IMG/VR virus record: IMGVR_UViG_3300045988_162879
Direction: 5' to 3' (one strand)
Source: a virus
Length of the DNA stretch: 42,031 nucleotides
Part shown: positions 34,823 to 41,028 of the stretch, piece after piece
Layout of the letters: the number at the start of each line of letters is the position of its first letter
Numbering within the stretch: position 1 is the stretch's first letter
Position numbers and translations under genes: made by a program
Notes under the pieces: generated by a model
Databases searched by the model: none
The model's input: only the letters and a program-made list of their open reading frames with translations
Told to the model about the DNA's origin: nothing

Positions 34823-35475
34823 TTGTATTTCACCTTCCAAATCTTACATAAATATTCATCAAGCTTGATGCCGAAAACCTTGTATTTCTCGTCAAAAGAC
34901 TTTTGCCCTATTCTATGTGCCTCGGCGTGTAAATCCCACCTTAACGGCATTACACGCATACCGAGATGAATAATATCTTTTCTGTTTCTGCCCATACCTA
35001 CTGCATCCACATGATGAAGTTGTACCTTTGCTTTTTCGCCTGTAATACAGCAAGTCTTATTTGCAAGACAGCAGTAAATATACCTTGATATATCAGGGCT
35101 TCGCTCAATTAAGTTGTCTTTAGTCGGTATTCCCTCTTCAATGCAAAATTCGATAAGATATTCAAGAAAATCTCTCGCAACCGTCATTGAGCAATCAGAG
35201 AGTGAAAATTCTTTTTGTCCGGTTAAAGCAATATATGAATATTTCATAACCTGCTTTGTTTCATCAGGTGTATATCCTGTGTGCTTTGCTATATCGTTAA
35301 AGGTTGCATAAATATGTTTACGCTGTAATGCCGATATGCTCCGTCCGTCATCAATACGGACAGAACATTCGGTTATTTGTCTTTTGTCGAGTAAGTAGGT
35401 CTTTTCAAACGGAACAATCAAGCTAAAGCTTTCATTTTCAACAATATCGGTGACATATCCGACTGCCTCATCCAT
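34819..35475 (-). CDS. DUF968-/HNH-like protein of the recombination module
   Basis: The C-terminus is CCITGEKAKVQLHHVDAVGMGRNRKD...PLRWDLHAEAHRIG (Cys/His nuclease-like motif). Confidence 0.4.
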   Translation of the reverse strand: MDEAVGYVTDIVENESFSLIVPFEKTYLLDKRQITECSVRIDDGRSISALQRKHIYATFNDIAKHTGYTPDETKQVMKYSYIALTGQKEFSLSDCSMTVARDFLEYLIEFCIEEGIPTKDNLIERSPDISRYIYCCLANKTCCITGEKAKVQLHHVDAVGMGRNRKDIIHLGMRVMPLRWDLHAEAHRIGQKSFDEKYKVFGIKLDEYLCKIWKVKYK

Positions 35476-35483
35476 AATGTCAC

Positions 35484-36326
35484 CTATGCGAGTGGGTCGT
35501 TCTCAATATCGGCATTGCTTTCAACAACTGTTGTATCGTTTTCGCTCGGCGTTTCAACATTGCTTGGTGAAGAATTATCTTCTTCGTAGTCGCTGTCGAT
35601 ATAATCAACTGTACCGTCCTCATTAACAACAGCCATATCGCTGTCAAGTGCCTTTTGCATTTCAATGCTCATAATGCCCCACTTACTTATAAGCTGACGG
35701 AGCATAGTTTTTCTGGCCATGGCATCAAAGTCCTTTTCCCAAAAGGTGTAACCTGACTTTTTGCGGTAGCCCTTAGAATATTTGAGTGCAAAAGCCTCCA
35801 TTTTGTTTCTGCTCCAATAAATCGACTTGATAAAGCCGTTATGATACCTGAACATTGCGTAGTAGCCGATTGTAGGGGTATTTTCCCTCTCTTCCTCGTC
35901 AGTTATAAGTGACACCTTGATTTCTTCATCAAGAGGGTTGTAGGACATGAGTTCGCCCTCTTTGATTTCAACTACATTAAGCCTTTCATAATAGCCCGAA
36001 CGAATGGCAAGCTGAATATAGCCTTTATATCCGAGCTGAAACTGCGCAATTTTACCGTTCTTAGTATCGTAAGGAACAAGATAATATTGACCGAGCTGAG
36101 GACTTGGTGAAAGGTTAAGTGTTTCGCCAAGCAAAGCAGCTGTGATAATCGAATTAGCATCACATTCCTGTAATGCAGGGTTAATTGCAACAGCCGAAGA
36201 GATTGCCGCAATAAACCTTTCTGCCTTTTTAGGGTTGCCGAGAGTATTGTTGATAAGTGCCTTATATTTATCTTCCTGAATAGCTACGCTAAACTTTTTC
36301 TTTGTCTTAACAAGTGAATTTGCCAT
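35484..36326 (-). CDS. recT: RecT-family single-strand annealing protein
   Basis: FIAAISSAVAINPALQECDANSIITAALLGETLNLSPSPQLGQYYLVPY..FQLGYKGYIQLAIRSG. Confidence 0.85.
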   Translation of the reverse strand: MANSLVKTKKKFSVAIQEDKYKALINNTLGNPKKAERFIAAISSAVAINPALQECDANSIITAALLGETLNLSPSPQLGQYYLVPYDTKNGKIAQFQLGYKGYIQLAIRSGYYERLNVVEIKEGELMSYNPLDEEIKVSLITDEEERENTPTIGYYAMFRYHNGFIKSIYWSRNKMEAFALKYSKGYRKKSGYTFWEKDFDAMARKTMLRQLISKWGIMSIEMQKALDSDMAVVNEDGTVDYIDSDYEEDNSSPSNVETPSENDTTVVESNADIENDPLA

Positions 36327-36328
36327 TA

Positions 36329-37174
36329 TTATTCTCCTTTCGGTACATTACCGTATCTGATGTTATATTGTGTTGTGAGTGCTTTCATAGCCTTACGAAA
36401 TTCCTCGGTTGTGTCATAAAAACGAACATCAATTGTTTTAGTTGCCTGCTGATTAACTGCTTGTTTTGGCAGCTGTGGTGACTGTTCCTGCACCGTTTCA
36501 GCCGTCGAAGTTATTTCTTCCTTTGCCGGCTCACTGTTTTTCATTAGCTTAAGCGCATTTAGCCTTTCTTCAAATTCGTGCTTCTTTTGAAGAGCTGCCG
36601 ACATATCAAGCGTTTCAATATAGGCATCAAGCATTTGCTCCTCACATTCAAGTTTCATTGCCTTAATAACCTTGATGTCATTCTCAAACTTAAACACCTT
36701 ATCTCTTATTTCCTGTTTTATTGTTTCAAGCTTACTGGTTTTATTTTGCCATTTATTTGGTATAACTTTTTCAAGTTTGAGTACCTCGTAATAGTCAGGA
36801 AATTCTTCAACATAAAAGCTTGCAATTTCTTTTAGCTTTTCATCAACCTCTTTCTTTTCAAAGTCCTTAACCTGCGTATCAATGTTATTTACGCCTTTGT
36901 CGATAATTTCAACAAGTTCTTTGACTTGTTTTTCAAAGTTTTCAAGTGGAGAGATGTACTCTTTTTTCACCTCAACCTTTTTATCGTTTAAAGCCTTTTT
37001 GAGCTTATTAAGCGTTGCCTTGTCACTCTTTGCAGACTTTAAATCATCCTCGGTTACTGCAAGAGTTTCATAAGGCTTAATTTTTTCGGATAGTTCAGCC
37101 TTTAACTCCTCAAAATTGAATACAATCGCATTTGGTATTGACTGTTTGATGTCAGTAGATAAATTAAATTCCAT
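36329..37174 (-). CDS. DUF1351-like protein (commonly adjacent to recT in Firmicutes phages)
   Basis: MEFNLSTDIKQSIPNAIVFNFEELKAELSEKIKPYETLAVTEDDLKSAKSDKATLNKLKKAL. Confidence 0.6.
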   Translation of the reverse strand: MEFNLSTDIKQSIPNAIVFNFEELKAELSEKIKPYETLAVTEDDLKSAKSDKATLNKLKKALNDKKVEVKKEYISPLENFEKQVKELVEIIDKGVNNIDTQVKDFEKKEVDEKLKEIASFYVEEFPDYYEVLKLEKVIPNKWQNKTSKLETIKQEIRDKVFKFENDIKVIKAMKLECEEQMLDAYIETLDMSAALQKKHEFEERLNALKLMKNSEPAKEEITSTAETVQEQSPQLPKQAVNQQATKTIDVRFYDTTEEFRKAMKALTTQYNIRYGNVPKGE

Positions 37175-37186
37175 AATGATTTCCTT

Positions 37187-37834
37187 TCATATTTCAGGTA
37201 ATATTAAATTCGGTACTTTTCGAGTTTGAACGCAATTCCAAAACTCTTTTTCTTTATGTAACAGATATTCCATATCTGCCTTAATCTGCTCATCGTCACG
37301 CTCAAAGAAATAATCTCTTACCGTATGGCGTAACTCTGTACCTTTGTAATAACGAATATCAGCTCGTAATATTGCAAAATCGTATCCTGTTGCAAGAAAT
37401 TGATGCAAAATTTGCGTGTAGTAATAATCAGGTACTTGTCCGTTCCAATGCTCCCATTGACTTGATTGCTGAATGGTAGTTGTTTTAATTTCAAGTACGC
37501 CGTTTTTATTACCACCGATAATGTGACCGTCTAAGGTTGCAAAAAGTCATGGTTCGTTCAGTCTGTTAGCAATCATTCCGAACTCGTCATATTCAACCTT
37601 ATAACCCGGATAATCAAGCTCAAATATTCCTCTTACAAGTTCTTCGGCTTTTTTACCATACATAACGCAATCTTTATCGCCTATATCCTCGGCCTCTCGC
37701 TGTCCTGTTTTTTCTTGCCAAAGTTCAACATTCGTTTTCCAAGGATTTACACCGATAATACAGCTTGCCTCGCTTGCACCTATTCCCTTTTTGCGTTCTT
37801 TGAGCCATTCCTCACGATTTGTAGTTTTTTTCAT
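37187..37834 (-). pseudogene. YqaJ-like (lambda Exo-type) exonuclease, one reading frame interrupted by a single in-frame TGA at 37549..37547
   Basis: N-terminal part: KKGIGASEASCIIGVNPWKTNVELWQEKTG. After the TGA the same frame continues LFATLDGHIIGGNKNGVLEIKTT... to the natural stop at 37187. The two track ORFs (37547..37849 and 37187..37408) share the frame, and the 46 codons between them contain no stop. Confidence 0.8.
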
Positions 37835-38168
37835 ATGTACCCTCTGCAATGCTTAAACACGCATACCAACCGCTTTGTCTATCGTCAAATATACAGTTAT
37901 CAAATTCGCTGTATTCATCAATAAACGGCTCTGTATATTCTTTTATAGTCTCTTTAGCTTCAAGGTCATTTGCGAGCAAAAGAAACGAAAGAATAATCAT
38001 AATTAAGCCACAAAGCATTAAAACAGTTGTTATTAACTGAACTAAAATATCAGTATCGTCAACGATAAAGCCAAGCATATATAAAGAACCGCCGACAATA
38101 CCGAAAACTATTCTTTTATTCTTATTCATTAAGTGGCTACGCAGTGGGCAATAATTACATCTTTCCAT
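37812..38168 (-). CDS. Small membrane protein (2 TM helices) of the early operon
   Basis: Start moved to MERCNYC (ATG 38168) after GGAGGA. TM segments are IVFGIVGGSLYMLGFIV and LITTVLMLCGLIMIILSFLLL. Confidence 0.5.
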   Translation of the reverse strand: MERCNYCPLRSHLMNKNKRIVFGIVGGSLYMLGFIVDDTDILVQLITTVLMLCGLIMIILSFLLLANDLEAKETIKEYTEPFIDEYSEFDNCIFDDRQSGWYACLSIAEGTYEKNYKS

Positions 38169-38376
38169 ATTCGTCCTCCTCGACAGGCTGAATACCTGTA
38201 ACTTCAAAAAATTTATTTCTGTTGATATAGAAATTCCATCTGCCATTACTGCAAACAGCACGACCGAATTCTAATCGTCCGTCAATAATGCCCTGTCGAA
38301 TAAAGCATGGGTTTTTATGCATCAGCTTTGCCGCCTCTGCTATTTTCATTGTTTCTGTGTTTTTGTACTTTGACAT
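38155..38376 (-). CDS. Excisionase-like/MerR-type HTH protein
   Basis: MKIAEAAKLMHKNPCFIRQGIIDGRLEFG...FYINRNKFFEVTG. RBS is AAGGAGTGA. Confidence 0.5.
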   Translation of the reverse strand: MSKYKNTETMKIAEAAKLMHKNPCFIRQGIIDGRLEFGRAVCSNGRWNFYINRNKFFEVTGIQPVEEDEYGKM

Positions 38377-38389
38377 ACTTAATCACTCC

Positions 38390-38418
38390 TTGATTTTTAT
38401 TTTCAAGTGTGATACAAT
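38390..38418 (+). promoter_or_regulatory. Plus-strand promoter candidate, antisense to the early operon
   Basis: TTGATT (38390..38395), a 17-nt spacer, then TACAAT (38413..38418) preceded by an extended -10 TGA. Confidence 0.45.
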
Positions 38419-38442
38419 CAATTTGCTAAGGGTGTATCACAC
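38407..38442. promoter_or_regulatory. Inverted repeat GTGTGATACA-N16-TGTATCACAC
   Basis: Perfect 10-bp arms at 38407..38416 and 38433..38442. The left arm overlaps the -10 above. The half-site recurs upstream of int (40921..40967). Confidence 0.5.
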
Positions 38443-38477
38443 CTTGCCGGCTGTATTTTTATGCAGTCGGCTTTTTT
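38425..38477 (+). ncRNA. Candidate ~50-nt antisense sRNA (promoter to intrinsic terminator)
   Basis: The terminator GCCGGCTG-(10 nt)-CAGTCGGC plus TTTTTT lies at 38446..38477. The imperfect pair is a G.U on the plus-strand RNA and an A.C on the minus. The 5' end is approximate. Confidence 0.35.
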
Positions 38478-38608
38478 CATTTAACAGATTCGTAATTAAA
38501 GCACCAATTAAAATACGGATGCTTAATATCAATGTTGTTTTCATTGCAATGGTCTACCGCTCTATTTAAATGAATGCAATATTTACAGCATTTAATTTCT
38601 TCGTCCAT
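38477..38608 (-). CDS. Small Cys-rich protein (43 aa, below the ORF-track cutoff)
   Basis: ATG at 38608 lies 5 nt after GAGGTG. The product is MDEEIKCCKYCIHLNRAVDHCNENNIDIKHPYFNWCFNYESVK. Confidence 0.4.
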   Translation of the reverse strand: MDEEIKCCKYCIHLNRAVDHCNENNIDIKHPYFNWCFNYESVK

Positions 38609-38625
38609 AACGCACCTCGTAACAT

Positions 38626-38877
38626 CTAATCACCTCTTTTTGCAGTTACTCCGTTGCACTTTTGGGACGGTGAAAACAAAAAAATATTTGACTTTTGTGC
38701 ATCGTCACTAATATTAAGAGCACAACATATTGCTTCAATCTCATCTGTATTGAATACAGCCTTATTATTAACTTTAAGCGACATTGTATTTTCGCTCATT
38801 CCTATTTCTTTTGCAAGAGATTTTTGAGAATATCCTGCAATTTTCATTAGCCCTAAAAATACATTTGTATTAACCAT
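38626..38877 (-). CDS. Cro-like XRE-family HTH regulator
   Basis: Start at MVNTNVF (ATG 38877) after GAGGTGA. The HTH is YSQKSLAKEIGMSENTMSLKVNN. It is divergent from the repressor gene. Confidence 0.7.
   Translation of the reverse strand: MVNTNVFLGLMKIAGYSQKSLAKEIGMSENTMSLKVNNKAVFNTDEIEAICCALNISDDAQKSNIFLFSPSQKCNGVTAKRGD
38660..38668 (+). promoter_or_regulatory. Fourth copy of the TTTTGGGAC motif (inside the 3' end of the cro-like gene)
   Basis: The context GCACTTTTGGGACGG matches the consensus GCAYTTTTGGGACR of the intergenic copies. Confidence 0.35.
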
Positions 38878-38895
38878 AGAATCACCTCGTTTCAT

Positions 38896-38993
38896 TTTTG
38901 GGACACTTTCATTATACAACACATTTTACATTTGTCAAGCATTTTTGGGACGATTTTTCAAATTTTCGTGATTTTCTCTTGCTTTTTTGGGAC
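38896..38993 (+). promoter_or_regulatory. Three same-orientation copies of TTTTGGGAC in the switch region (operator candidates)
   Basis: Copies lie at 38896..38904, 38943..38951 and 38985..38993. The first two bracket the early promoter, just downstream of the -10 and just upstream of the -35. Confidence 0.5.
38911..38938 (-). promoter_or_regulatory. Consensus early (lytic) promoter for the cro-like gene
   Basis: The minus strand reads TTGACA (38938..38933), a 16-nt spacer, then TATAAT (38916..38911). The RBS and ATG lie about 30 nt downstream. Confidence 0.7.
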
Positions 38994-39028
38994 AGCTATG
39001 TTATTGTAATGATAAAGGTGGTGAAAAT

Positions 39029-39670
39029 ATGAGTGAAATTTCTAAAAGATTGTTACAACTCATTGAAGATAACGATATTTCGTATGGTGAACTTTCCAAA
39101 AAAACAAATATTCCAAAATCTGCTTTACAAAGATACGCAACAGGTGAAACCGAAAAAATTCCAATTACAAGAATTGAAGTAATAGCCAAAGCATTAAACA
39201 CAACTGCTCAATTTATAATGGGATGGGACGAAAACGAAAGTTATAATAATGATATATTTTCTATTCCCGGAATAAATCCTATTCCAAAAACATATAAGCG
39301 CCCACGCTTAGGTACTATCGCTTGTGGCGAACCTATTCTTGCTGAGGAAAACATTGAGGCATACGATGATATTCCTGATAGCATTAAATGTGATTTTACA
39401 TTGATATGTAAAGGTGACAGTATGGTTAATGCTCGAATCAATGACGGCGATATAGTCTATATCAAGCAACAAAGTCAAGTTGATAATGGCGAAATAGCTG
39501 CCGTTCTGATTGACAACGAGGCTACACTCAAAAGGGTTTACATATATGAAGATAAGGTTGTACTTCAGCCCGAAAATACAAAATATCCCCCTTTTGTATA
39601 TACAAAGGAGGATATGAACAACATTAGAATATTAGGTAAGGCTGTAGGCTTTACAAGTTTATTGAACTAA
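39029..39670 (+). CDS. CI/LexA-like repressor (XRE HTH plus S24 autopeptidase)
   Basis: Start at MSEISKRL (ATG 39029) after AAAGGTGGTGA. The HTH is ISYGELSKKTNIPKSALQRYATG. S24 motifs are GTIACGEPILAEE, KGDSM (Ser) and ATLKR (Lys). Confidence 0.85.
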   Translation: MSEISKRLLQLIEDNDISYGELSKKTNIPKSALQRYATGETEKIPITRIEVIAKALNTTAQFIMGWDENESYNNDIFSIPGINPIPKTYKRPRLGTIACGEPILAEENIEAYDDIPDSIKCDFTLICKGDSMVNARINDGDIVYIKQQSQVDNGEIAAVLIDNEATLKRVYIYEDKVVLQPENTKYPPFVYTKEDMNNIRILGKAVGFTSLLN

Positions 39671-39691
39671 TATAAATCGAGGAGAAAAATT

Positions 39692-40870
39692 ATGGGTACA
39701 AACAATATAAATTTCAGATATTTATTTGAGGGTACATTTACTCACTTAAACGGTTTACCACTTAATGATGGTACCGTAGTAAATGCATATTGGTGCGATG
39801 ACAGAATTGTTTTTCGTTCTGATGAAAACAGATACGACTTACCGTTTAGCAATTTATTAAACATATGCATTAAATCCGATGTTGAGATTTATAATCAATG
39901 TAAACTTAGCGAAAATTTAGATTTTATTCCCTATGGCTCTGTCGGCGCTGCGCTTTACGATAAAGGGAAAGAAACTACCCAAGCAACTCAATATTTAATT
40001 TTCACTTATAAAGGGAAATATAACGGCGAAACAAAATATATTGCTTTTGAATTAAATCAATACAATACAGCAACGGCTAACAATATTGTAAATTACTTTT
40101 TGAAGTTACAGCAAAATATGCCGAAACAAGCCGTGCCTGTGGAAGAAGTTGAAGAATCCCCTGAACCTGTAGTTCAGTCGTATCAAGCACCTGCTCCTCC
40201 TGTGCACAAAAAGAAAAAGCATATACTATTAAAAATATTTTTAGTTGTTATGTCCATTTCTTTTGTTATTGCAGTGGTATTCATTATTTCTGAACAAGGT
40301 TCACAACCTAATTATAAAGAAAAAAATGAAAAAGCAGAAGCCGAAATTTCTTCACTTGTTGACGGTTCATTATCAAACGCACTTTCTAAAATGGAGGAAA
40401 TGGGTTATACAGCAACATATTATTTTGATAACGGCAAAGCGTACAAAAATGACTACACAAATGTTGTAAAAGATAACTTTTCAAAAGACGAAAAACAATT
40501 AAAAAAATATGTAATAACGAAATATGAAAATGTAAATGCAGAAACTAAAACAGTAGATTTATATATAAATACTAAAAAAGAAGCTAAAAAGCAAAAACAG
40601 CTTAACGAGCTTGAAAGCAAATTAGGTCATATTAACGCTTGTCAAGCTGTTGAAAAATATGGCAAAGAACAATATCCTTTCGGTTTTAAATTGCATTATA
40701 TGAAAGATTTACAAGGGTATCAAATGGTTGGCGAAAACAATGATACTTGGCGAATTCAATGTGGTGTAACAATTACAAACGCTTACGGCGCAAGCTACGA
40801 TGCCACTTGCCAAGCTGAAATAACAGGTTCAAACGAAGCACCCGAAGTTACAGATTTTGTTGTATTTTAA
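39692..40870 (+). CDS. Bitopic membrane protein co-transcribed with the repressor (superinfection-exclusion/defence candidate)
   Basis: It starts 21 nt after the repressor stop with RBS GAGGAGAA. It has a ~170-aa N-terminal domain, a P/E-rich linker, a KKKKH stop-transfer with TM ILLKIFLVVMSISFVIAVVFII, and a ~190-aa C-terminal domain. Confidence 0.6.
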   Translation: MGTNNINFRYLFEGTFTHLNGLPLNDGTVVNAYWCDDRIVFRSDENRYDLPFSNLLNICIKSDVEIYNQCKLSENLDFIPYGSVGAALYDKGKETTQATQYLIFTYKGKYNGETKYIAFELNQYNTATANNIVNYFLKLQQNMPKQAVPVEEVEESPEPVVQSYQAPAPPVHKKKKHILLKIFLVVMSISFVIAVVFIISEQGSQPNYKEKNEKAEAEISSLVDGSLSNALSKMEEMGYTATYYFDNGKAYKNDYTNVVKDNFSKDEKQLKKYVITKYENVNAETKTVDLYINTKKEAKKQKQLNELESKLGHINACQAVEKYGKEQYPFGFKLHYMKDLQGYQMVGENNDTWRIQCGVTITNAYGASYDATCQAEITGSNEAPEVTDFVVF

Positions 40871-40881
40871 ATAAAAAAAGA

Positions 40882-40911
40882 CCCCTACAACCTCGCCAAA
40901 GGTCATAGGGG
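40882..40911. terminator. Two-tier hairpin after the membrane-protein gene
   Basis: CCCCTA-ca-ACCT-cgccaa-AGGT-ca-TAGGGG. An A-run precedes it, giving a T-run on the minus strand. No T-run follows on the plus strand. Confidence 0.4.
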
Positions 40912-40920
40912 CGATAGCAA

Positions 40921-40967
40921 AGTGTGATATACAAATTACTACCTCGCAAATAGTAGTATATCACACT
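40921..40967. promoter_or_regulatory. Inverted repeat AGTGTGATATAC-N23-GTATATCACACT upstream of int
   Basis: Perfect 12-bp arms with an inner 5-bp TACTA/TAGTA pair. The loop ACCTCGCAAA resembles the loop of the preceding hairpin (ACCTCGCCAAA). Confidence 0.5.
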
Positions 40968-40985
40968 CTGCTTGTTATTTCAAGT

Positions 40986-41008
40986 AGGGTATTTTTATAC
41001 CCTTTTTC
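40986..41008 (+). terminator. Intrinsic terminator 5 nt upstream of the int RBS
   Basis: AGGGTAT-tttt-ATACCCT followed by TTTT. Confidence 0.6.
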
Positions 41009-41028
41009 AAAAAAGAAGGGATACAAAA

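Noticed and set aside
37318-37515. 65-aa ORF inside the exonuclease region as a separate gene.
   Set aside because: It is out of frame within the continuous YqaJ-like reading frame and shows no recognisable motif or RBS.
37547-37549. Genome-wide stop-codon reassignment (TGA read as Trp or Gly) as the explanation for the in-frame TGA.
   Set aside because: TGA terminates several well-supported genes here: terS at 24350, the chaperone -1 frame at 13337, and the exonuclease's own end at 37187. No other gene shows an in-frame TGA.
38288-38569. Plus-strand 93-aa ORF crossing the Xis-like gene and the intergenic region.
   Set aside because: It has no RBS, is antisense to a supported gene, and runs straight through the plus-strand terminator at 38446..38477. 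The translation is hydrophobic and low-complexity.
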